DNA of 60,787 nucleotides, filler included, from Porpidia crustulata (lineage: Eukaryota): the NCBI GenBank assembly GCA_964255105.1. It is 6 parts of 6 records of this genome, joined end to end, with 100 filler letters (N's around TTAATTAATTAA, not from the genome) between each part and the next. Parts side by side here need not be neighbours in the genome. Positions count along the whole stretch, not along the records: positions 30,464 to 40,506 come from CAXUWE010000845.1; positions 40,607 to 50,647 come from CAXUWE010000846.1; 4 more parts are not named here. One strand, 5' to 3'. Made by a program: the position numbers and the translations under genes. Positions within the stretch are counted from its first letter, which is position 1; every line of letters starts with the position of its first letter. The notes beneath the pieces are model-generated. The model worked only from the letters and a program-made list of their open reading frames with translations. It was not told where the DNA came from and ran no database searches. Shown in pieces: positions 35,894 to 48,070 of this stretch.

Positions 35894-38262
35894 ATGGCAA
35901 CTAAGATTCTTTGCGTGGCTGAGAAGCCTGCAATTGCCAAAGCTGTTGCTAATCATCTGGCCGGAGGAAATGTCAACGTTGTACGTATTTTCGTGCTATA
36001 CGCATAAAAGCGGGCCGCATTCTCATACGAGGTACAGAAAAACGTTACTGGTAATAGATATATCAAGAATTACGAATTCGATTTCTCCTTTGGGCAACCG
36101 TGGGGCAACTGCTCCGTGACCATGACCAGTGTTATCGGTCATCTTTACGGCCTTGATTTCGACCAGCATTATCGGAAATGGCACTCCTGCCGTCCAGGTC
36201 AACTCTTCGATGCTCCTGTTATTGAGACTGTAGACCAGGTAGGACATGGTTCCATAGTTGATCCGGCTATACAAAGCTAATAAATTTGCAGGATAAGAAA
36301 GCGATCGCAGAGAATATAACTCAACAAGCTCGGTGGGCCAAAGCCTTGTTCATCTGGACTGATTGTGACCGGGAGGGAGAGTACATTGGAGCCGAGGTGA
36401 GGCAAGCAGCCCACAAAGGAAATGCAAGGCTTGAGGTCAAAAGGGCACAGTTCAGTAACACTGAAAGAGCGTAAGAATTCTATTGAGATCTCATTCAATG
36501 TTGCAGTTGTACTGAAAATGTTCCAAGTCATGTCTTGAGAGCTGCCCAAAATCCGATCAATCTTGACGAGCGACAGGTCAATGCAGTTGGAGCGAGGATT
36601 GAGCTAGATCTGCGCCTGGGTGCTTCTTTCACTCGATTCCAAACGCTGACATTGCAGACTATGGGTGGCGATCTTGCAGAGCGTCTTATTAGCTATGGTT
36701 CGAATCTCAAACAGATACACATTTGATAGGCATCGCTGAAGCGTCATAGGGTCCTGCCAATTTCCAACCCTTGGCTTTGTTGTTGATAGGTATTTTCGAG
36801 TCAAGAATTTCGTACCTGAGCAATTCTGGAGTATTAAGGTTATGCACAACCGAGATGACATAGACGTCAGCTTCTCGTGGCGACGCTATCATCTTTTTGA
36901 TAGAGCGTCGGTAGTTGTCTTTTTTGAAAGATGTCTTACGGCTCGGCTTGCCAGGGTGTCGAAGCTACTAAGAAAACCCACTAGTAAATGGAGACCTTTA
37001 CCGATGACTACAGTGGAATTGCAGAAGCTCGGTAGCATGTTCCTCCGAATGGACAGTCAGAAAGTGATGAAGGTGAGCGTGTGCTCTATTGTGATGCCAA
37101 TGGTTCCTAATTTACATTCAGATTGCCGAAGATCTATATACCAAGGGTTGGATCAGCTATCCACGGACTGAGACAGATAGCTTCGACAAAGGGATCGATC
37201 TTCGGAAACTTATCGAAAAACAGGTACAAGATCACGCTTGGGGCCCTTATGCGCAAGGGTAAGCGACGGACGAAATCTTCTAGATCCTATACTCCCTGAC
37301 AATGATGACATGAATAGGCTTTTGAACGGTAACTTCAAACAACCACGAGGTGGCCACAATAATGATCAAGCGCACCCTCCAATCCATCCCGTAAACTACG
37401 TTGCGCCAATTACCCTTCAAGATGACGAACGCCGCGTCTACGAATTTGTTGTCCGACGCTTCCTCGCCTGCTGTTCTGAAGACGCAAAAGGCGAATCAAC
37501 GACCGTGGAGATCGAATACGGCGATGAAAACTTCTCTGCGAACGGCTTACTGGTGCTCCAGCGAAATTATCTAGACGTCTACCCCTATGAGAAATGGGTA
37601 AGTAGTCAACAGCTTCCAAATTTCATAGTTGGTGAGACCTTCGAGCCCTCAGAGGCGAATATTGTGGAGGGCGAGACTACCGCACCAGGATATCTGACCG
37701 AGCCAGAATTGATTAGCTTGATGGACGCGAATGGCATCGGTACAGACGCAACGATGGCTGAGCATATCGCTAAAATAAAAGAGCGTGACTATGTCATGAC
37801 CCAACCCCGGGCAGGCGGTGCCCGAGGGGATGTAGCAAGTGGCAGAGGAGCACGTGGAGGCCGTGGTGGAGGCCGTGGTGGAGGTCGAGGCGCAAGAGGA
37901 GGCCAAGGAAGTGATAATGCTGGCGGCGGTGGGAATTCAGTCCAACAATTTATACCCACCACCCTTGGTGTAGCGCTGATTGAAGGCTACGACAACGTTG
38001 GTTTGGACACCAGTCTAGGAAAGCCATTTCTGAGGAAAGAGATGGAGATCAAGATGAAAGAGATATGCGCAGGAACGAAAAGCCGGCACGACTTTGTACA
38101 CGAAACGTTGGAGCAGTACAGGGAGGTTTTTGTGAAAACGCAGCAGCAGGTTGAGGTCTTGAGAGCTGTGAGTGAATCTTCTCTTATTAGCGAGCTGGAC
38201 GAGAAGCTAATAATAGCAACAAAAAGTCTTGCAGGAAGTATATCTTCGGAAACGAGACATGA
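35894..38262 (+). CDS. TOP3: DNA topoisomerase III (type IA), multi-exon
   Basis: MATKILCVAEKPAIAK (TOPRIM), MTSVIGHL, WTDCDREGE, ELDLRLG, SYGSCQFPTLGFVV, catalytic GWISYPRTET, AHPPIHP, GIGTDAT; last exon SCRKYIFGNET*. Divergent from the DUF1295 gene across ~495 bp. Confidence 0.96.
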
Positions 38263-40302
38263 ACAGAAACAGTCATATACATGTCAGAGTGCATAGTCTT
38301 GAGAGGCATTCAGGCGGAAAGACATTAGATGTTCCAGCGAACCAGTCGACTGTAAGGAGAGAACCGTCGCATCTACAGTCCCCGCCTCCTTGACAATTAT
38401 CCCGAGTATCAGAGATGCTGAGTCCAAGACTCTGGCCATCCTTCCTGAGGTGTTCGCCACCGACCCAATCGTAGCGGAGGAGTAACCGGTGTTCGCTGGC
38501 TGATACGTGGGTGGAGTTGGCTGGACATGGATATTTCTTTTGTAAAACTTGACGCACAGACCTCTGTAGGATAGGGAGGTTAGACCTTACACGGGGGTAT
38601 GGAGGTCATTCAGGTTGTGCATCCTACGGTATGAGCCGGAGGTATTATCCAAAGGGCCAACATCGGCGCTACTGCTATCACCACATTGCAGGGTCACGTG
38701 TTTGTACTCTGCCGTTCACGCCACCAACAAGTCCGACCGGTCAAAATGGGTTCCCAGCATGCTAGCATTATCGCAGTGTAGGTACCTTGGACATGGCCAA
38801 ACACAAGGACAGCATGGGCGAACGTGGGACTGGGTGCTGGTGCGAGCCAGATCGACATGCCAAGCGACCGAGTTGGAGTGGGGAGCGTACGTGTGGGGCA
38901 ACATGCGAACCATGGAACATGACTTGCATGTACGTCTAGTACGCTGTCCGCCAGATAAGATGCCAGCAGCGAGCAGTTCCGCAACGACGGGCTAATGATA
39001 ACGACTGCTGGAGCCACGTTACGAAGTGCTCGTGGTTATCATGATTGTAGAATGCGTTGCGCTGCTCAAGTGATCGGATGTGTATTCGTGCATCCTTTGA
39101 AGTTGTCCGTCTTGTTCCGTACTCGAGCATCCGCTCGTTGCGAAGAACCTGACGGATTAGTCTGGTCCAGGTGATTTGACGGATTTGGCGGATGGAATCG
39201 GCTGCTAGGTAAAGTCAGCATTCTCTCAGCGGGTCTGTGGGTACCAGTCAGTGTCAGTGACAAATCAGAACCGTTGAATTGTGGAAGCTGAGACGCTTTG
39301 ATTACTGTCTTATTGACTTCGTTCTCGACACCATACTCCAAGGGACGGAGAAAGATGGAGGAGGGGATTATGCCTAAGGTCATGTGATCTACAAGTCTAC
39401 AGAAGTTGCAGTCCAAGAATCTAGGATCTCACATCCCATGCTCTTTTGTAAACCCCACGGTTAGTAGTGAGCCACATGAGCAACGGAATGAGGGAGTTTG
39501 TGGCTCGATGGCTGCTTGGAATGGGGGGAATAATAGCTTTGAGATCGTCGAATTGTTAGCACGAAACTGCGCGACATTCTAATAGGCTGCGATGGGTTCA
39601 TGATAAGTTCAGGCTGAAAGCAGCGTAGCTCTTCGTATGAGGTGTGGCTCTTACAGTTTAGATGAAGGCCAGAATGCTGGTATGATTGACTACAGGGGGA
39701 CTGCGACTAAGGTACTGGGACTGCTCACTACGACTAAAGTGCTCCTGGGACGTGTCAAAGCCGAGACCTATCTAGAGCTGACCCGAATGCCCTGAACGAA
39801 CTCACTGTACACTTCCACCTTCCTACCTATTCTCTTAACCACTCGCAATCAATACTGCGAACACACGCCTCCCAGGAGAGATTCCCCACCCACACACGAC
39901 CCCCGAACTTGCTTGCACCTGCATTGGTCTGTACTCTACCTCGCACCTACCTATCCACCGCCCGCCGCAAACTCCTCATTCTCATCATCAACAGTATCAC
40001 CCGCAAATTCTACCAAAGCTTACAGAAACTCATCACTCAAGTCGCTCAAATCGCCCCCCGTCGCGCAGTCATCGGATTCATCCTCCGAAGCTATCCACCT
40101 TTACCAGCTCACATCAGCAGACTCTTGTCACGTTGCAGCTCGCTTGTTTCTTTGTAAGTAACACGACGCTAAGGCGGAGCTTGGGACCGCAACAAAGCAA
40201 AGCGTAGCACCTTATCATCCTCCATATACAAACTCCATCACGTCAGCAACAAAGACAACTGATACGTGGCATTTAGCTTAGAAACATCCAACCGAATCTA
40301 CC

Positions 40303-40506
40303 ATGGCTCCCGTCGACAACAAGAACACCTCCAGCATCGCCATGGCTTTGGCCGGCATGACTGCCTCCGTCGACATCCCCAAGCCATACGAGACGACCTT
40401 TTGGTCCGGCCGCGAGACTTTCGCCGCTGTGGCCGCAAGGTCCCTTCCGTCCAACAAGCAGCCAGCTGGGCTACCGACTCCCCCGAACTCCATTTCTCCT
40501 TCCCTC
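40303..40506 (+). CDS. 5' end of a probable Sin3-binding protein (Stb3-like), truncated by contig end
   Basis: Good Kozak context (ACCATGG). N-terminus ...DIPK...AAVAARSLP...LPTPPNSISPSL resembles, from memory, Pezizomycotina Stb3 homologues; the diagnostic domain lies beyond the contig. Confidence 0.6.
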
Positions 40507-40606
40507 NNNNNNNNNNNNNNNNNNNNNNNNNNNNNNNNNNNNNNNNNNNNTTAATTAATTAANNNNNNNNNNNNNNNNNNNNNNNNNNNNNNNNNNNNNN
40601 NNNNNN
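40507..40606. other. artificial contig-joining pad
   Basis: N44-TTAATTAATTAA-N44. Confidence 0.97.
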
Positions 40607-43600
40607 GGTAGGGCTACGTATTTGTGAAAGATAATTATTGTACTACAAGTGGTTCTTCATTCAGGATTTTTCGAAGGCTCGTATCCTACGAATGACATGT
40701 AAATTGATTATTTCAATTCAATCGTGGTAGTGAGTAGACGAGGACTCTCTCCTCTCGTCAACGGTCAGAGTTAGTGACCGTGATATTGCTTTTCCAATCA
40801 TTCGATTCCATTACGGTTTACATTGTCGTGTTATCCAACGTGCCGATCTTCTATCCATCTTCCTGGCTATATTCTCCAAGATATCGATTGTATGTCGGTA
40901 GGGTTCAATGAGAATTTGACCCTCCACAAGTACCACGCGTCCTCGCAGGATCGATGCCGAAATGCGTGTCTGAATCCTTGTCGTTTATTTCTCCATCATC
41001 ATATTCCGATCCTTTATTTTTGCATCCGCGCCATTTAACGCTCCATGTATTTCCCGCCCATAGTCCAAGGAATGCCCGATATCCAGCAGACTTCCGACCC
41101 TTTGCATGAATCAGACTTCTGCTATATTATCTTTTCTCGTTCAGCCTCCACACTGAGTCAGACAAGTCTTTCATCGTGTGTTCCAAATTCCTGTGATATG
41201 AATGCAGTGTTTGTGGTGTTCTGGCTCGACAATGAAGAAATCGATTATTTTCTGTGCGAAGACACCTCGAGGGCCCGTGGATGCAAAGTCGGAAGACGGA
41301 CGTTGGCAAGGCGCGTCCGAATTCTTCTGTCTAAGGCCCTATGTGGGATCGCGTCAATCTCAGTTGCACCTTGTACGGTCTTTCATAGTCCTCACAATCA
41401 ATTGAGCGTGGTCGATATGTATGATCGCCACAAAGCGATCCAGCAGAGTGTCGTCCGCTCTTCCATGCAAGTAAGAAACATGTGACGGAAGAATAGGTCC
41501 CAGCGCGTGTCCTAATCTGGTATTCAACTTGTTCGATTTGCGACGCTTCCATGCGAGTAAAAGTAAGCTTCAATGGTTTAGAGCTGCTATTCGGGTGATC
41601 TCTAAGCCTCTTTATTATTCATTGCAAATCATGATGCCGTTTATTCCGGAGATGCCAGGGCGACGCATAACGGCCCCTACTACTAGTAGTTTGATGCTCC
41701 TGCTCATTGGCCACATGGCCTCTATAGCGATGGCAAGCGAATAGAAGAGATCGAGATCGCAATACAAGTGCCAAATAAATAATCTTAATCAGTGTGGTTT
41801 CTGACTAGCAATGAATAGTAATCTTCCTGGTCGCTTGCCTGAACGAACGTCAATTCGTAGTTCTTGTATATATATATAAGAGTTCTCCAAACCTCAGTAG
41901 AATAAACAGTGTCTGAATCTGATCTGACTAGCTCAACCTTCAAGGTTCCTCGAAACCTGTCAACAGACCGTGGGTGAGCTCAGGCACGGTAGGTGACCAA
42001 GATCCAGCCTATAATACCTGCTTTTCTGACACTCCAGGTGAATGACCACATTGTTCAGCCATCATGGTCCATGTAGTCCTATTTCGGTTTTGATGCATGG
42101 CCTGGAGAGATGTGCAATCCGTCGGAAAGAATTTGGTTTCTTTGTTGTCACGTTTTCCGGGACACTGAGTCATCAGCGTTGGATGTTTAGTGAACAATAA
42201 TATCGCCACATTTCTAAGCTGGCTGGACTGTGCCCAATTCCGCCTCTTTCTAGTTATTTCCAATTACCTTGGCATTATATGTTTTGATGTTTTCAAGAGA
42301 AGATGGAGAGTCTGAATATATCTCATCCGTATCTCTCGTATCACGTCTCACCGTATCCGCTCATACTTGCCAGTATAGAGGCCAGGGGGGGGTCACCAAA
42401 GGGGTAACCTACCCGAGCGAGAGTACGTTTGCAAGAAGTTTGAGCCAGCCGCCGGTCAGGGCTAGGCCAATCCGCTTCCTAGTGAGAATTAATCCCACCG
42501 CAAATTAGGATTAGCAGCGTTTTATCATATGTCATGCCCGGGTCATGGAGAGTCCGCGCACTCAATATTATCATCGATTGGTCTTCTTGTCAGTTCTAGC
42601 CTCTGGAAAGCACATGCGGGAGAATGCACAGAGGAGCACGCATACTTGCTAATAACCTGAGCGCTGCAAAGTGCATGAGCATGCCCACTATTGCTGCTGG
42701 CTGTCGTGAGAGAGAAGTATAGAGAATACAAGTCACTCACTCAAGTCTTCAACAACGCACAGAGATCGATCGGTGCATATTGCAATTTCGCTGTAGTATA
42801 TTGCTCCTAATAACCGGTTCCGAGGCTACCAGGTGTCACCTGAGTCCATCCAATTTCTTAGCTTCCACCAACAGCCCTGTTCATTGGATGTTCTATTTCT
42901 TATCATGACACGTAGTCCTTACGCTTCATGCGAAGCTACAGCCGTAACGGAAGCACCATTCACTTTGATCCACTCTTCAATAATCCCGATGACAGGGCAT
43001 CAGTCGGTGCGAGGGTAGGAATATTTTCTAGCGATCGCAGTGCAGCTCCCCTTCTAGAGCGCGTAGTCGTCAACAGTTTTTCGCGAGAGATCGGGGGCAC
43101 CCATTCGTACCACGGGCCAAAGGCTTGGACAGAAAGTGTTCCAACAGCTCCCCAGGCCATGAATAGGTAAAGGAGGCCGCATCCAATACGTCTCGAAGTT
43201 CCGTGCTGGCTTTTCCTTGCCGAAAATGGAAGCACCAATCCACGGATGGACTAGGCCTGACTCCACTCGATGCTCACCCCTGAAAGATCTTCTCAACGGT
43301 TGGAAGACGAGCCTCTGGAAGGAAGCGACGTGTGCATGATACTCCATGGTTTGTTTGGTACTGCAGTCTAGGATTCACCCACCTGAAAACCCAATCGCAA
43401 ATAAAGTAAGGATCGTGGCATCGTGTAGCCATTACCTTCTGCTATCAATAATGCCGTGATGGATGATGGCAGTGCTAACTAAGAGCCTAAATCGACTGGA
43501 CATGATCGGCAAATCATTTCTCGATTGTAGAACCCTCCCAATGCCATGTACGTAAAGAGGAGAGGAGCGAAAGAGAAGAAAGGTCTGATGTTTATCTCAT

Positions 43601-44698
43601 GTCAGGAGCACCTAACCAGGACCATTGGTTGATGAAAGATAAAATAGTTTAGTGGTGAGCAGCATACGGACCGATTTTTTGGCCTAAGAGTAGAAACTTC
43701 ATTTGAGGGACCTGCTTCCATGACGCTCTGGCGCAGAGATGCAGTGTAAAGAGAATTCGTCGACTTGAGGATAGACTACGTGTGTCAGCTCTGCCTCTGA
43801 AATACAACTGTAAAAAGGTGGCAAACTATGCCAACGTCGCGAAGGCGGAGTATTTACTTTACGTACTTGGGGCTCAGATCAATCAACAACAATTACCTGA
43901 ACAAGTCCTCTGGCTTATTGGCGGTTTGCTCGACCTTCTTCTTCTCTTGTATTGTACCAGCCCATCACTTCCGAAATTCCGTTCGATCTTCACTCCAGAC
44001 GTCCCCAACTTTAGCTCTCCCTTAGTGGTCAATGTGCTACGTCGATCTAGGGCGATCCGTGCCGCCCAAAGGACATGTGCTTCGCAAGTTGCAGGCATTT
44101 CTGAGACCCTGACGGCCTTCAAGCAGGCTCAATAGACGTTGAGGCGCTTGTCAGCGATGGCCTGCATTAGCAACCAAGACCCTGGATATCGACCATGACA
44201 TAAAGACTTGTGTTCGCAGCTTTGTTAAATTCCTCAATGCTATGCTTCTGGCAGCTGTCGTGGTTCAAGGACACCGCCATGTCTGATCTTGAATCTCGTC
44301 CCGTGGAGGGCTGGCATATTCGGCACCGCTCAAACAATTCCGCTCAGGTATGTTGCTGCGTGCGGCCAGGATCCTCAATGCTATTAATGTTATCGTGCTA
44401 TTGTCATAAAGATACATGTTAACTCCATTACATCTCTTAGCTATGTCTATTTTAGCTGTAGGGCTGATTAGTCGACGGCAGTCTACAGTGTTCGAGAAGG
44501 CCCAGGATTAGACACGCGCGATTACGAAGCCAACTGAAGAGCCCAATAGGTCGCAGTCTCGGAGTATCTGAAATACCATACGCTCGTCAGGTCGACTAAG
44601 GTAGCTTCCTACCTGCTAGGTAGATAGGTAGGCAGGTAGCTGACAGCAGGCCACACTAGCCCAAGTCGGGCCAATTGTTGATTGACTAAGCTATCATC

Positions 44699-46869
44699 AT
44701 GCCTCGGGTCCAGTCATCAATCCCAGTTGGAGATGACCTTACTTATGAACTCACGCCGCTTCCCCGTTCAGAAAATCTCCCTCTCGGTCCCCCTCTGGAT
44801 TACTTCGACTTCGATCAGCCATATCAACCGTTCTACCAGTACCCGATATCATTCCCACAAGCACACCCCGCGGCCACGCAGTTTCCAGCGCATGTAGCCC
44901 AGTTGTACGATTACACAGCGCTCTACAGCGGCCAACCACCGTTGGACCAGGACTCTCAATCGTCCGATATGAACTTTGACCTTTTACAAGACGATAAAGA
45001 CCTGGTGGAGTCCAACGGCGAAGACAATTCACTCTATACAGAGCCTTTTCCTCCTCGTGTAAGAGAGCCTCTGACCAGCCAGACGAAATCCATGGCGCCC
45101 AGAAGGCCTCAGAAATCCGGCCAAAAAGAGGATACGCATAGCACAAGTCCGGACGAGTCGAACGCAGGACGCCAACGTGGGAGGCCACGACTTGACGCGC
45201 GAGATCAGACCGCTACAGAAGTATAGCTCAAGGCAAACACTCTCTGCGTATAGGCTGACTCTTCTAAGCGTCGTCGTACCCAAATCAGGCTAGCTCAACG
45301 GGCCTACCGCCAGCGGAAAGAAACCACCATTTCCGGACTCAACAAGCGAGTGTCGGAGTTGGAGAGTACGATTGAAGACATGAATCATTCCTTTCTCGAT
45401 TTCAATGACAAGGCGATTGCTTCCGGGATCCGTAAGTGGGAGCCGAGCTTAGCGCAGGATCTGAAAGCGACAATGGGCCATTTCCTTGAATCTGCACGGC
45501 AAATAACTGAAGCGGACGGAGAAGAAGATGAGCAAGTTCCCAACATTTCCGCACGTGTCTATGGCAGCGATGATCCACCTCCGATCATTTCTTCGGCGAC
45601 TCCGCGACGACGACGACTACCAGATCCGTCTATAGCATCCTCATCAGCTGGTGAGAAAGCACATGTAGCACCGTGGGGTTACGGCACAGTTGACGAAGGG
45701 CAGGCCGAGGTGGTTGATAGTCGACATTCTTATACAGACTCGAACCTTACCCAGCAGACGACTGGCTCAGATGACGTGGAGTGGAATCCTGTGAAGCCTG
45801 TGGAGCAGTATCGAGTCGAAATCCCCAAAGCTACATTGGCAAAGAGATCGGTCGATACATCCATGTTAAATTCTCTGCCCGTCCCCTTGAGCTATTCGAC
45901 TCAAGAAACATCCTTTGCACGTCGCCTCTCACGCCAGTCTCTAGAAACTTCCTTTCGAGTAATGACCAATCCTAACGGATCAAAGAAAGATATTTCGAGA
46001 ATATGCAAGTTGACTTTCTGTTTCAACAACTTTAAAGGAATACTAGATCACCTGCAAGGACTAATACGCAAGAACGCACAAGAGGATTTGGGAGTTTGGG
46101 AAGGCCCTCGGATTCAACTCCAGGGTGCGGGCCTTCAATACCCACGTTTCGGATTGGACAATAATGATCATCCGTTACCGGCTTGGTGGGCTGCGGAAGC
46201 ATCTACAGGACCCCACCGCGCCGTGGAGCCTGAAACCCCGGTGTCAAAGGATTTGAGCATGAAGCAGATTGTCGAGCTTGCCGGATGTGACGGCGAGTGG
46301 TTTGACTCCAACGATGTTGATCTGTATCTCCGCACCAAGGGGCTCTATCTGGACGGCCAGTCATCCTGGGTTGAGGTCCAAGTCCCCGAGCTCCTGCCAT
46401 CTACCGCACTCTTCCCGGCCACGAGCTCTCCAGCAGAATCCTCAGTAGGTAGTACTGGGGGCGCACAAAGCCCACGAATGGTAGAATCTCTATTCCCAGT
46501 GGACCCCGTCATGGAAGGACAGGATTACTTCTGGGACATGGACAACTTCAATTCGGCAGACTTCTCGGATATCAACATGGATTACTCCTCTAACATGAAA
46601 GGTCCTGATCCGGCACCTTTGTTCAATCCACTGGACTACATGGATCCCATATATCCTAATGTTCTTCCTACGTTCAATACGACGATGAAGAAGTTTATCG
46701 ACGTGGAAAAATTTGTGAATTGTATGTTGTCGCACTGGAGGTCCCTTCGCCCATGCTAATAGATGCTCTAGCACTCATCGACACATCGGTTTGTCTAGGT
46801 GGATCGCCTGGGTTTCGGCGAAGTGCCATCGATTCAGCGCTGATAGACGCGACACAAGACGGATGGTAG
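44699..46869 (+). CDS. bZIP transcription factor
   Basis: RQRGRPRLDARDQTATE|RRRTQIRLAQRAYRQRKETTISGLNKRVSELE across intron 45221-45268; SYSTQETSFARRL, GEWFDSNDVD.YL; intron 46722-46771 then VCLGGSPGFRRSAIDSAL...W*. Confidence 0.92.
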
Positions 46870-48070
46870 ATATCCGTTCCCGTGTGGATTTGCGATGACG
46901 ATAGGCGTATTTGCGAGCTTGCTGAATCATCAGCGTACTCGGCTGTCATCCCATTAGCAACATGCTTTCGGCAGTTGGATTAGCCAAGTGCTTTGAGTTT
47001 GGAGCTGGCAGGCTTGGGGTGAAGACTCCGCACTTTGTAAATCAAGGGACAGGCTTTCGACAGCGAGTGCGGAAGGAGACGCCAATCCTCTGCATACCTA
47101 GGTATTGTTGCGTGCGGGTGTCAAATCTCCATTGTAACTACCCACTCTGTCTGTAGGAAGTGCAATAGGTACGAACAGAGAAAACGTAGTGATGATCGAT
47201 TGCGTCAATCCGGGGGTTTTTTTATCTCTAGAATGTACCCATTTGACAGAGATTGACCAGGTACCTAAGTACAATCATCGGGCCGTGGATGCTGGGAGAC
47301 AGCTGCGATTCACGTGCTGCGCTACCGACAGCACCCTAGAGGGCAATAGGTAAGGTCTTAGTATCAGCAGAAACACAGTTAGGAAGAAAGCAGGAAGTAG
47401 ATGCGGCTGTAGCTACAAGAACGTACTCAACTAATTTGATCTAGCAGCAAAAAGAAAACATCCAAATCCGTCTCATTGGCAGTCAATTATCTCGCATTTG
47501 CAAGCGAACCGATCATTTTCGGCGCCAGTAGCCATCCCTGTCTCTCTGATGCAAGGCCAAGTCTTNNNNNNNNNNTGGACAGCTCGACGGAACATGATTA
47601 CTGACGCTGCCAAGAGAGGAGTTTTAAACTTCTGATCCAACACTCGTTTGACTCTTCTGTGCCCTATTCTCTTCCTCTCCTTCTTTTCTTATTCTCTTCC
47701 CTTGAATAATTCTATCGCTCTTAGACGGGAATCTTGGGAGGGTTTGGTGCCTTTTCCCCGCTTGACCACGCATTCTTTTGGAACAATATAGGCGCAACTC
47801 ACCTTCGTTGACGAGAGACGGCGACTTGACATAGCCGCATTTACACACAAGCTTACCCGTACGGCTACACGAATGACTTTACACCGGCATCATGTATCTT
47901 CTGCAGCGACCTCTCGTTCGTTGACGTCCCAAAGTATCTTGAAGGCTTCCTCGGTCGGATGAAACGCCTCGTCTATCTAATCCGCTTACTTGTTCACTCT
48001 ACAACTTCTGAGGATCTATCCGACCTACATTTGGCAATTCTCCATCAATCTACCTATATTGTGAACCTCC

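Noticed and set aside
36697..36710. GGTTCGAATC T-loop-like motif
   Set aside because: It is the 5' splice junction of a TOP3 intron; no tRNA structure around it.
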